This document shows, in pieces, positions 24,701-36,883 of a stretch of DNA of 64,000 nt; positions within the stretch are counted from its first letter, which is position 1; each line of letters opens with the position of its first letter. The notes beneath the pieces were generated by a model. That model saw nothing but the letters and a program-made list of their open reading frames with translations. It did no database searches and was not told the origin of the DNA. A program made the translations under genes and the position numbers. This DNA comes from Mobula hypostoma (taxonomy: Eukaryota), in NCBI RefSeq assembly GCF_963921235.1, contig NC_086101.1, forward strand, positions 192,076,001 to 192,140,000. The letters are read 5' to 3'.

Positions 24701-27168
24701 TTTAAGAGCTCTATCCATCTCTTTCTTGAAAGCATCCAGAGACTTGGCCTCCACAGCCTTCTGGGGCAGAGCATTCCATATATCCTCCAATCTCTGGGTG
24801 AAAAAGTTTTCCCTCAACTCCATTCTAAATGGCCTACCCCTTATTCTTAAACTGTGGCCTCTGGTTCTGGACTCATCCATCAGTGGGAACATGCTTCCTG
24901 CCTCCAGCGTGTCCAATCCCTTAATAATCTTATATGTTTCAATAAGATCACCTCTCAGCCTTCTAAATTCCAGAGTACACAAGACCAGTCACTCCAAGCT
25001 TTCGACATATGACAGTCCTGCCATCCTGGGAATTAACCTTGTGAATCTACGCTGCACTCCCTCAATAGCAAGAATGTCCTTCCTCAAATTTGGAGAACAA
25101 AACTGCACACAGTACTCCAGGTGTGGTCTCAGCAGGGCCCTGTACAGCTGCAGAAGGACCTCTTTGCTCTTATACTCAATTCCCCTTGTTATGAAGGCCA
25201 GCATGCCATTAGCTTTCTTCACTGCCTGCTGTACTTGCATGCTTGCTTTCAGTGACTGATGTACAAGAACACCTAGATCTCGTTGTGCTTCCCTTTTCCT
25301 AACTTGACCCCATTTAGATAATAATCTGCCTTCCTGTTCTTACCACCAAAGTGGATAACCTCACATTTATCCACATTAAACTGCATCTGCCATGCATCTG
25401 CCCACTCACCCAGCCTGTCCAAGTCACCCTGCATTCTCATAACATCCTCCTCACATTTCACACTGCCACCCAGCTTTGTGTCATCGGCAAATTAGCTAAT
25501 GTTCCTTTTAATTCCCTCATCTAAATCATTCTACCGAGCCCTCTAAATTCTCTCTTTGTTTTCTTTCCTTTGTCATTGATACCAATATGTATCAAAATGT
25601 CTGGCTGCTCTCCCTCCCTCTCCATAATGCTGTGGACGCGATCTGAGACGTCCCTGACCCTGGCACCTGGGAGTCAACGTCGCATCTGGGTGTCCTGTTC
25701 ACATCTACAGAATCTCCTATTTGTTCCTCTGAATATCAGAAGCAGGTTTGGGTCCCTTTATCTTTGAAAGGATGTGCTGAATCTGGAGAGGGTTCAAAGG
25801 AGGTTCACGAAAATGATTCCAGGATTGAATGGCTTGTCACATTAAGAGTGTTTGATGGCTCTGATCCTGTATTCACTGGAATTCATTAGAGTGAGGAGTG
25901 ACTTCATTGAAACCTATCGAATGGTGAAAGGCCTCGACGTAGTAGATGTGGAGAGGATGTTTCCTATGGTGGGAGGGTCTAAGACCAGAGTTCTCAGCCC
26001 AGAAAAGAGGGGCATCCTTTTACAATAGAGATGAGGAGGAATTTCTTTAGCCAGAGAGTGGTGAATCTGTGGAATTTGTTACCACAGGCAGCTGTGGAGG
26101 CCAAGCCTTTATGTATATTTAAAACAGAGTTTGATAGATTCTTGATTGACATGAAGGGATAGGGGGATGAGGCAGGAGACTGGGGCTGAGTGGAAAATTG
26201 GATTGGCCATGATGAAATGGTGGAGCTGATTCGATGGGCCAAATGGCCGAATTCTGCAGTGTCGCTTATTTCAAGTTCCCCTGACTCGAGAATCAGCAGA
26301 CCCTCTCTTACTATTGAGCTAGAGAGAGAGTCATATCAGAGTAAGAGGGAACAAAAAGATGGTTTGGACTCTATATAGATTAAAAATTGCATGAGAATAT
26401 TAGAAAAATTTATTGAACTTAAACTGGAAAAAGTCACCAGGGCAAAGTTCCAAAGTAAATTGATTATCAAAGTATGAGATTCATTGTTTGCAGAGATTTA
26501 CAGGCGAAAAGAAATACCAGAGAACTTATGAAAAACTATACACAAGATGAGCTTCATTTGTCACATGTACATTGAAACATACAGTGAAATGCAGCATTTG
26601 TGTTGAGGATGAGCTGGGGGCAGCCCGCAAGAGTTGCCACATAACAAGCTCACCATGCCCAGCAGAACAACACAGAACACAACAGCAACTGAACGTCAAC
26701 AGTGAGACAAGCCCCATTCCACCCTCACACCCACCCACCCACACACACAGGGACTTTCATCCAACCCCAGGCCTCCAGTCTCCAGTCTCAGCCTGACCTC
26801 AGTGGAAAAAAGCCTGTCCATACCCCCCATAATTTTGTATACCTCGATCAAACCTCCTCTCATTCTCCTACACTCCAGGAAGAACATCCTCAAGCATTCA
26901 AACGTTCCCTGTGCATAGCAGACTGATTATTGCTGCAGGTAACACAAGAAACAATGTGACAGATAGAGCGGTTCACAGGAAGGGTCTCAACTTGACCAAA
27001 AACATCAACTGTCCATCTCCTTCAAACCTCACCTGTCCATCTGTCTCCACAGATGCTGTCTGACCTGTTTTGATACGGCACATATCAAAAATTTGATTCC
27101 TGCTGCATTGGACACCCACCAAAATGATTACAGACATAACTGCTCCAGGAACACTTTACAGTGGGAGT
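21797..27168. repeat. Segmental duplication copy C
   Basis: Shares chimeric TE junctions and non-TE spacer sequence (e.g. 19950-20880 vs 26245-27165) with copy B. Confidence 0.9.
24568..25529 (-). mobile_element. CR1 3' fragment inserted only in copy C
   Basis: ORFs 24653-24982 and 24989-25240 are CR1 RT C-terminus, with an ACAATAG tail. The empty site is seen at about 19015-19025. Confidence 0.9.
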
Positions 27169-27169
27169 G

Positions 27170-27745
27170 ATGAGAGAAGCCTCCATCAGTCAGGGTCAAC
27201 CATGGACGTTGTGTCTGCGCTGCCTAGATACGCAAGCCAGGGCAGTACCATATGGACAGAAGGTTGTTGCTCATGTAGCAAGCTCCCCCTCTCTAAGCAT
27301 CTGATGAACCCAAAGGAATGGCAGAGATCGGTACAGTTTGGCGCCAACTACATCACAGGAGTTGCCAGTCAGCGTTGAACTTAACGTAGGGCTGCCTGAG
27401 GGATTCCAGCTCCAGAATTTTCCCTCGGGGTTTACTCCCAAAGCCTTCCCATGAGTGGGTATACTCACAAGGCAGGGGAGATTTGAGATCAGTGTTTTCC
27501 TTCTCCTCGATAAACTGCCAACCATGACTGACGAGCCCCATCTGTCCAAAGCGACTGGTTTTAAAGTGCCAGTGACCCACATGTGCCCTTTCTCCTGTCA
27601 GTAGAAATGGTTCCTCCGGGCTTTGTAGCTGAGCCAGACGTGAAAGCCAGGAGCTGGACTTGGTTGTCAGAGGCTATTTCAGGTGCACGCCATTGGGATA
27701 GGGGATAGGTAGTGGATCTTGTACCTGTTACCACCCTCAGCTATA
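27170..27745 (-). mobile_element. RTE-type 5'-UTR-like repeat, longer copy
   Basis: Reverse-complement homolog of 14428-14820 with additional upstream sequence. Confidence 0.55.
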
Positions 27746-29082
27746 ACAACATTAACCCTTTACAACGAGTAGTCAAAACTGCCCAACGCATCGCTGGCAC
27801 CAGCCTACCCAGCATTAAACACAGAAAGGTGCCAATAAAGGGCAGGTGACATCATGAATGATCTCACTCCCAACCCCCCTTTTTGTCACGCACTGTTTGT
27901 CCCACTCCCATCAGGACCACACCAGGACAACCAGACTCAAAAACAGTTACTTTCCCTGAGCAGTAAGTCTAATCAACACCTCCACACACTAACCCACCCC
28001 TCCACACCCCCAACCACAACCACTTTATCATTTCTTGACAGGCACCTTATGTACAGACACTCCTGTGCCTAGTGTCACTTTATGGACACACAATCAATCT
28101 GTGTCTAGAAACTATCCTATGTGTTTACACTTATTTTGTGTATTCTTGTATTATTGTGTTCTTTATCTTTATTTTCTTTTAACCCAGAGTAACAATTATT
28201 TCATTCTCCTTTATACTTGTCTACTGGAAATGATATGGAACAATTTGAATGTTGAATGTTGAATTTCTGGTTCCTGCAGTGTGTTTTGTTTCCAGCATCT
28301 GCAGTCTCTTGTGCCCCCGTGATGATGGTCACACTGCCTTCGGTGAAACCCCGGACACCAGCTCCCCCTGTGTCCACTTAACTGCAGGACCTCTTCCTTC
28401 CGGTCAGTTCTCTCCCCCTCTAGTCCCGTACTTTATGATCTCTTTCTCTTTGACCTCACCCACTAATTGCAATTGCCGGATCTATGTATCTTATCCCTGT
28501 TCACTCTAGGAATTGAACCGTAAGATCACAAGATATAGGAGCAGAATTAGGCCATTCAGTCCATCGATTCTGTTCCACCATTCCATTATGGCTGATTTAG
28601 TTTCCCTCTCAACCCCATTCTCCTGCCCTCTCTCCGTAACCTTTGATACACTTACTAATCAGGAAACTATCAGACTCCGTTTTAAATATACGCAGTGACT
28701 TGGCTTCCCACAGTCATCAGTGGCAATGAATTTCACAGAATCACTACTGCCCGGCTGAAGAAGGGTGTCAATTCAGCTGGGAGGGAGTAAGTTCAAAGGG
28801 GGTGTGGGGGACAAATTTATCTTTACAGAGAAAGTGCTGGGTGTGCAGAACGCACTGCCGGGGTGGGGGGAGGCAGATTCGAGAGAGGCGTTTAAGACAC
28901 TCTTGGACAGATGCATGAATTCTGATTTGGAATATAGACTTGGTGTAGCAGAGGCAGTTAGTTAGTTTAGTTAAGCATTTAATTACGAGTTTAAGTAGTT
29001 TGTGGACCGAAATGTCTTTTCCTGTGCTATACTGTTCTATGACTTTTTATGTAGCCTCCTGCAGAATTCTCTGGAAATTCTA

Positions 29083-29105
29083 CAGTGCCGTGCAAAGCTT
29101 TTAGT

Positions 29106-29142
<37 letters not shown>

Positions 29143-29171
29143 CTGGGGTGTCAAAGACATTTGCAGTTCTG
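29083..29171. mobile_element. Minimal Tc1-like MITE: two degenerate TIRs around a (CA)n(TA)n microsatellite
   Basis: TA|CAGTGCCGTGCAAAGCTTTTAGTCAC ... GGTGTCAAAGACATTTGCAGTTCTG|TA. Confidence 0.5.
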
Positions 29172-29719
29172 TATTTGTCAACGTGGAGCGGAGAGCGAGT
29201 TTGTAAATGTGGTGGAAGCAAAGGCTGTTGGGAATGGTGAGGATGAAGTGCCACGGGAGGGGTGAGGGACAGGTGGCAGAAAAGTGCTGGGGCAGGGGGT
29301 GGTGCGGGTGCACCTGAGACGCCAGGCAAGATCATTTGATTCCAAACAACTGGTTTATTGATCATTACACAATGTCTCTCTGGTGTTTCCCGCTCCCTTC
29401 CCCTTTTCCTAACCATGATTGCCCTCTCCCTGTCCCCTTTCCCACTCAGTCCACAATCGAGCTCCATATCAGCACCAGGTTTATCATCACTCACAGAACA
29501 GAGAACATTGAAGAGTACAGGACAGGAACAGGGCATTCGGCCCATAATGATCGCTGAACCAACTCAATAAATCAAAAGCACCCAAACACTAATCCCCCCA
29601 CCTACACCATGTCCATATCTCTCTACCTTCCTTACATCCATGCGCCTATCCAAACGTCACTTAAAAGCCTCTATATATATGTATATGCCTCAGACTTAAC
29701 TCAGCTCGGTACTTGCATA

Positions 29720-29931
29720 AAATTTACTTCCAGTAAACGCAAAGGGTTTGTCACTATTGTCATGAGATAGTGCACTGTTTTTGAAATGACTTCCTACCAG
29801 CCACTAACTTCGACAGTTCCTGAGAGTTTTTTCAGGAAGTGAAGAAGCAAATCGAGCAGCTTCTGTATTTCAGCGACAGGGAATAAAGAAAGAACTGAAG
29901 TGTGAGCGGATTCCATACCGAAGTGCTGGAA
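29720..29931 (+). promoter_or_regulatory. Candidate TATA-less promoter/5' UTR with clustered Ets (GGAA) motifs
   Basis: ACTTCC 29726-29731, ACTTCCT 29789-29795 and AGGAAGTGAA 29834-29843, in non-repetitive sequence just upstream of the leader ATG. Confidence 0.4.
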
Positions 29932-29992
29932 ATGCTCTCTCTCCGGGTTTGTCTCTGCACGGTCCTGTTGTCCGTCTCAGTCCGGGGATACA
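29932..29992 (+). CDS. Exon 1: signal peptide of an IgSF receptor (MLSLRVCLCTVLLSVSVRGY)
   Basis: ATG with purine at -3, hydrophobic leader, donor A|GTAGGT in phase 1 matching the phase-1 acceptor at 56616. It lies in one of the few non-repetitive islands. Confidence 0.65.
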
Positions 29993-30249
29993 GTAGGTGT
30001 TTTCCATTGTCCGCCTATCTCCTCGTTGTCTCTCTCCTAAAGGCTCGTTTTACTTTCTGGTGAAGCGCGATCGATTTAGACGTTGGTTCTGCCAGTGCAG
30101 GTTTGGTGTTGGGACCCTGTCCTTCCCTGAGTGCTAGGGTGGACTGCCTGCTGGTGACGATGAACCCCAGTACTACTGGGGAGAGACGTCCAAGTCTGAT
30201 GCCCAGTTAAAGGCCGGGCACAATTCCAAGCCTGGGTGGTCTGGAATTT

Positions 30250-30330
30250 GGAGCGAAGCTGTAGCGTGGTGGTTAGCATGATGCTTCACAGTCCCTGTGA
30301 CCCAGGTTCAATTCTCTCCGCTGTCTGTGC
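30250..30330 (+). mobile_element. tRNA-derived SINE head
   Basis: A-box-like TAGCGTGGTGG and B-box-like GGTTCAATTC. Confidence 0.55.
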
Positions 30331-30537
30331 GTTCTTCAGTTCTGAATGCTATTTGCTTATTTTATTGTTTTCACGATCTTTCCCCTCCCTGCATTGGCTG
30401 TTCGACGGTCTTCAGAATCAGAATCAAACTTAATATCACCGGCATATGTCGTGAAACTTGTTAACTTTGTGGCGGCAGTACAATGCAATGCATATTAACA
30501 AAGAAAAACTGAATCACAGTAAGTGTATACGGATATT

Positions 30538-32258
30538 TGTGAGCCTCCGACTCGCTCAGCTCGTGTTCGTCCAGGGGAAGAACCCTCAGCCCGCCAACCT
30601 GGGTAATCGAGTCTGTGTGGATGCTGAGTAATGTACCCCAGTACAGACCCAGAATGCAAACATCAGACAGTACACAATAAGCGATTAAATGATTACACTT
30701 TATAAATCTAACTGTGACTATGTGGTTAGTGGGGAAACAAAATATAAAAGAAAAAGGCGCCACTCTATCAAAGTTAAACAGTTCGTGCACAATCGCTGGA
30801 GCTCAAGGAACAGGGTCTTCTCTCCACCATTCCATCTCCTCCGAACTCCGCGACCCTCGGACTGGGACCAACCACGGTGGTCCACCAGAGTGCTCCCAGC
30901 ACGTCCTTCGTCTTCGCCTCTCCTCCCGAAACGTCCCGCACACTCACTCAGGTTCCCACACATACAGATAGAGTAACATGACTTCCATTGGTTAGTTCCC
31001 CATTATCTCTATAGTTATAACCCAAACATTTCAGCTACAAAGAAACATTACCTCATCAGTTAACATTACAGAGAAACCATTGGTGTGGGTGGAGAATTGG
31101 TTAGCAGACAGGAAGCAAAGAGTGGGAATAAACGGGACCTTTTCAGAATGGCAGGCGGTGACTAGTGGGGTACCGCAAGGCTCAGTGCTGGGACCCCAGT
31201 TGTTTACAATATATATTAATGACTTGGATGAGGGAATTAAATGCAGCATCTCCAAGTTTGCGGATGACACGAAGCTGGGTGGCAGTGTTAGCAGTGAGGA
31301 GGATGCTAAGAGGATGCAGGGTGACTTGGATAGGTTGGGTGAGTGGGCAAACTCATGGCAGATGCAATTTAATGTGGATAAATGTGAAGTTATCCACTTT
31401 GGTGGCAAAAATAGGAAAACAGATTATTATCTGAATGGTGGCCGATTAGGAAAAGGGGAGGTGCAACGAGACCTGGGTGTCATTATACACCAGTCATTGA
31501 AAGTGGGCATGCAGGTACAGCAGGCGGTGAAAAAGGCGAACGGTATGCTGGCATTTATAGCGAGAGGATTCGAGTACAGGAGCAGGGAGGTACTACTGCA
31601 GTTGTACAAGGCCTTGGTGAGACCACACCTGGAGTATTGTGTGCAGTTTTGGTCCCCTAATCTGAGGAAAGACATCTTTGCCATAGAGGGAGTACAAAGA
31701 AGGTTCACCAGATTGATTCCTGGGATGGCAGGTCTTTCATATGAAGAAAGACTGGATGAACTGGGCTTGTACTCGTTGGAATTTAGAAGATTGAGGGGGG
31801 ATCTGATTGAAACGTATAAGATCCTAAAGGGATTGGACAGGCTAGATGCGGGAAGATTGTTCCCGATGTTGGGGAGGTCTAGAACGAGGGGTCACAGTTT
31901 GAGGATAGAGGGGAAGCCTTTTAGGACCGAGGTTAGGAAAAACTTCTTCACACAGAGAGTGGTGAATCTGTGGAATTCTCTGCCACAGCAAACTGTTGAG
32001 GCCAGTTCATTAGCTATGTTTAAAAGGAAGTTAGATATGGCCCTTGTGGCTACAGGGGTCAGGGGGTATGGAGGGAAGGCTGGGTTCTGAGTTGGATGAT
32101 CAGCCATGATCATAATAAATGGCGGTGCAGGCTCGAAGGGCCGAATGGCCTACTCCTGCACCTATTTTCTATGTTTCTATGTTTCTATTTCATTATAACG
32201 CTACAGAGAAGCCATTTTATTTTAGCAGTTAACAGTTAATATTACTGAGAACCCTACA
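30538..32258 (-). repeat. 3' LTR of the second Gypsy (about 610 bp), split by a CR1
   Basis: Begins TGTAGGG directly after the PPT. The distal CA end at 30538 is less certain. Confidence 0.6.
31079..32187 (+). mobile_element. Young CR1 family, 5'-truncated copy with open RT C-terminus
   Basis: ORF 31080-32090 ([17 protein letters not shown]) and (TTCTATGT)n tail. Confidence 0.95.
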
Positions 32259-34081
32259 TTCTCCCCCCACCGAATTTAGTCATGTCCTCATGACGTTCAG
32301 ATAATTTGCCAACTCTTCCTGCAAAAACAGAGCCCGATCCAAGTGCAGAAAGCAGTTACATAGCTCCCCAAAACAGGAGAGATCACATCCTGTTCTCCAG
32401 GTACTACATAGGCCAACCCCTCCGGGGGCGGGGGGGGTGGTGTCCTAATTCGCTGAGACGTCCGTAGTACCCCCTCTTCTAACTCTTCCGGCTCAGCCAC
32501 TACTGGAGACACTTCGGGGCGACCTGGCGAAACCTTCCGTGACCTGTCACTCAAACCCCTCTGCAACTCGGAGCCCCCTGTCCCGGGTTCGGGCCTCCCT
32601 CCCTCTCCTCCAGAGGCCGGCTGCACTCTCTGTTGCCCACCAATAGCCCCCCTCACCTCCCCTGACGCAGTGGGAGAAGGGCCTGGAGTCTCTTCCTCCC
32701 TCACGGGGAAGTTAGCGAACGGCAGCATGTACCACTCATCCGAATCATCGCCTTCCGAATCAGTATCCCTTTCCGGGGCTGGGCAGTCTGTTTTGCGGTG
32801 GGCTCTTCCATCGCCCCGAGGTCGGTCCGGGAGTGACGTTACTCGGTATAAAATTTGGTTCTTCAACTTCAACCGAGGCCATTCCCTCAGTAGTGGAGAC
32901 ACCCAAACGTGTTTCACCTTCTCCGCCCGCGCCATATCCCCCTTTTCCACCGTATAACAAATAGTGCCAATGCCCGGGTCATCTCGCTGAGCAGCTGCCA
33001 CTTCCCCAGGACTTAACTCCGGCAACTGCTTAGTCTTCAGAGCAGTCAGGTCACAGACAACTGAGGGCAGGGTGTCATCAGAAACCCCCAATGGTCCACT
33101 GTGCGATCCGGCCTCTCCTTTTCCTCGGCCTTCACGGTGATAGCAAACGGACACATGGCCTTCACCCCAGGGACAGGAACGCTCTCCCACTCCTCGACCC
33201 TCTCCAGTTCCTCATGCATTCATCGGGACAAAGTGTCTTCATGACTTCAGGCTGAAATCATAAACCGACAATGCCGCCAACCACCGATGGTCTGTAGCAT
33301 CCAGTTTCGCTGAGGTCAGGATGTAAGTGAACGGGTTGTTGTCCGTCCTCACCTCAAACTTGGCCCTGTAGAGGAGGCCGTTCCCATCAATAATAAGTAT
33401 ACAGTTTTGGATACTGTTGGTGGGGACAACGTACCAGGGACAAGTTGTAGTGGTCACATCTCTGGCACCGAGACTGGACCCTCAGCTCAGAAGGGAAGGA
33501 GGAAAAAGAGGAGAGCAGTGGTGATAGGGGATTCAACAGTTAGGGGAACAGATAAGAGGTTCTGTGGGAGAGATCGAGAATCCCGGATGGTCTGTTGCCT
33601 CCCCGGTGCTAGGGTCCACGACATCTCGGATCGAGTTCTCGGTATTCTCAGGAGGGAGGGTGAGCAGCCAGATGTCGTGGTCCATGCAGAGATCAATGAC
33701 ATGGATAGGAAGGAGGAGGAGGTCCTGCAAAGAGAGTTTAGGGAGTTAGGTGCAAAGTTGAAGGACAGGACCTCCAGGGTCGCAATCTCAGGATTGCTAC
33801 CCCTGCCACGTGCTAGTGAGGCTAGAAATAGGAAGATAATGCAGCTAATTACGTGGCTAAGGAGATGGTGCAGGAGGGAGGGCTTCATGTTTCTGGACAA
33901 TTGGGCCTTGTTCCAGGGAAGGTGGGACCTGTTCCGACGGGACGGTTTGCATCTGAACTGGAGGGGGATTAACATCCTTGCGGGAAGGTTTGCTAGTGCT
34001 GCTCCGGGGGGTTTAAACTAGATTTGCAGGGGTAGGGGAACCAGAGTGTTAGAGTAGATAGTGAGGTGGAGGAAGATAAAG

Positions 34082-34344
34082 AACAGTTTCTTTCCAACTC
34101 TGATAAGACTGCTGAACGGATCCTGACCCGGAACTGGGCCGTACCCTCCAAATATCCGGACCTGCCTCTCGTTTTTTTTTACACTACCTGACTTTCCCTT
34201 TTCTATTTTTTATTTATGATTTATAATTTAAATGTTTACTATTTACTATCGATTTGCACTCCAGGGAGAGCGAAGCGCAGAATCAAATATCGCTGTGATA
34301 ATTGTACGCTCTAGTATCAATTGTTCGGCGGCAATAAAGTAAAG
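34082..34344 (+). mobile_element. Short LINE 3' end (Rex1-like) nested in the host CR1
   Basis: NSFFP-type remnant and (TAAAG)n tail. The empty site GATAAAG|GTCATG is seen in the related CR1 at about 209-220. Confidence 0.7.
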
Positions 34345-35237
34345 GTCATGCGAGAACTGCAAGCATAGTGCATGGAGTAAAGCCAGATCTGACATATAAA
34401 GGGGCTTTGAGGAAAGAGAAGCAGAATAAACGGTGTAAAGACAGTAAGGTAGAAGGGCTAAAGTGTGTGTACTTCAATGCAAGAAGCATCAGGAACAAAG
34501 GTGATGAACTGAGAGCTTGGATACGTACATGGAATTATGATGTAGTGGCCATAACGGAGACTTGGCTGGCACCAGGGCAGGGATGGATTCTCAATATTCC
34601 TGGATTTCAGTGCTTTAAGAGGGATAGAGAGGGGGGAAAGCGGCGAAGGGTTGGTATTACTGGTCAGGGATACTATGACAGCTACAGAAAGAGTGGGTAA
34701 TGAAGCAGGATCCTCTTTTGAGTCAGTATGGGTGGAAGTCAGGAACAGGAAGGGAACAGTTACTCTATTGGGAGCATTCTATAGGCCCCCTGGTAGCAGC
34801 AGAGATACTGAGGAACAGATTGGGAGGCAGATTTTGGAGAAGTGCAAAAACAACAGGGTTTTTATCAAGGGTGACTTTAACTTCCCTAATATTGATTGGC
34901 ACCTGATTAGTTACAATGGTTTAGACGGGGCAGAGTTTGTTAAGTGTGTCCAGGACGGATTCCTGTCACAGTATGTTGACAGGTGGATTGGGGGGAATGC
35001 CATACTAGATCTAGTATTAGGTAATAAATGGGGTCAGGTCACAGATCTTTCAGTGGGAGAGCATCTGGGGGACAGTGACCACCGCTCCCTAGCCTTTAGC
35101 ATTATCATGGAAAAGGATAGAATCAGAAAGGACAGGAAAATTTTTAATTGGGGAAGGGCAAATTATGAGGCTATAAGGCTAGAACTTGTGGGTGTGAATT
35201 GGGATATTGTTATTGCAGGGAAATGTACTAAGGACAT

Positions 35238-36565
35238 AGATAGAAACATAGAAAATAGGTGCAGGAGTAGGCCATTCGGCCCTTCGAGCCTGCACCGCCA
35301 TTTATTATGATCATGGCTGATCATCCAACTCAGAACCCAGCCTTCCCTCCATACCCCGTGACCCCTGTAGCCACAAGGGCCATATCTAACTTCCTTTTAA
35401 ACATAGCTAATGAACTGGCCTCAACAGTTTGCTGTGGCAGAGAATTCCACAGATTCACCACTCTCTGTGTGAAGAAGTTTTTCCTAACCTCGGTCCTAAA
35501 AGGCTTCCCCTCTATCCTCAAACTGTGACCCCTCGTTCTAGACCTCCCCAACATCGGGAACAATCTTCCCGCATCTAGCCTGTCCAATCCCTTTAGGATC
35601 TTATACGTTTCAATCAGATCCCCCCTCAATCTTCTAAATTCCAACGAGTACAAGCCCAGTTCATCCAGTCTTTCTTCATATGAAAGACCTGCCATCCCAG
35701 GAATCAATCTGGTGAACCTTCTTTGTACTCCCTCTATGGCAAGGATGTCTTTCCTCAGATTAGGGGACCAAAACTGCACACAATACTCCAGGTGTGGTCT
35801 CACCAAGGCCTTGTACAACTGCAGTAGTACCTCCCTGCTCCTGTACTCAAATCCTCTCGCTATAAATGCCAGCATACCGTTCGCCTTTTTCACCGCCTGC
35901 TGTACCTGCATGCCCACTTTCAATGACTGGTGTATAATGACACCCAGGTCTCGTTGCACCTCCCCTTTTCCTAATCGGCCACCATTCAGATAATAATCTG
36001 TTTTCCTATTTTTGCCACCAAAGTGGATAACTTCACATTTATCCACATTAAATTGCATCTGCCATGAGTTTGCCCACTCACCCAACCTATCCAAGTCACC
36101 CTGCATCCTCTTAGCATCCTCCTCACTGCTAACACTGCCACCCAGCTTCGTGTCATCCGCAAACTTGGAGATGCTGCATTTAATTCCCTCATCCAAGTCA
36201 TTAATATATATTGTAAACAACTGGGGTCCCAGCACTGAGCCTTGCGGTACCCCACTAGTCACCGCCTGCCATTCTGAAAAGGTCCCGTTTATTCCCACTC
36301 TTTGCTTCCTGTCTGCTAACCAATTCTCCACCCACACCAATACCTTACCCCCAATACCATGTGCTTTAAGTTTGCACACTAATCTCCTGTGTGGGACCTT
36401 GTCAAAAGCCTTTTGAAAATCCAAATATACCACATCCACTGGTTCTCCCCTATCCACTCTACTAGTTACATCCTCAAAAAATTCTATGAGATTCGTCAGA
36501 CATGACATTCTATGAGATGACATTCTATGAGATGACATTCTCATGAAATTCTATGAGATTCGTCA
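35238..36565 (-). mobile_element. Young CR1 family copy with a stuttered 5' junction
   Basis: ORF 35330-36544. TSD GACAT at 35233-35237 and 36566-36570. Confidence 0.95.
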
Positions 36566-36883
36566 GACATGTGGTCGATGTTTAGGGATCTCTCGCAGGA
36601 TGTTAGGGATAAACTTATCCCGGTGAGGAAGATGAAGAATGGGAGGGTGAAGGAACCATGGGTGACAAGTGAGGTGGAAGATCTAGTCAGGTGCAAGAAG
36701 GCAGCATACATGAGGTTTAGGAAGCAAGGATCAGATGGGTCTATTGAGGAATATAGGGTAGCAAGAAAGGAGCTTAAGAAGGGGCTGAGGAGAGTGAGAA
36801 GGGGGCATGAGAAGGCCTTGGTGAGTAGGGTAAAGGAAAACCCCAAGGCGTTCTTCAATTATGCGAAGAAAAAAAGGATGACA

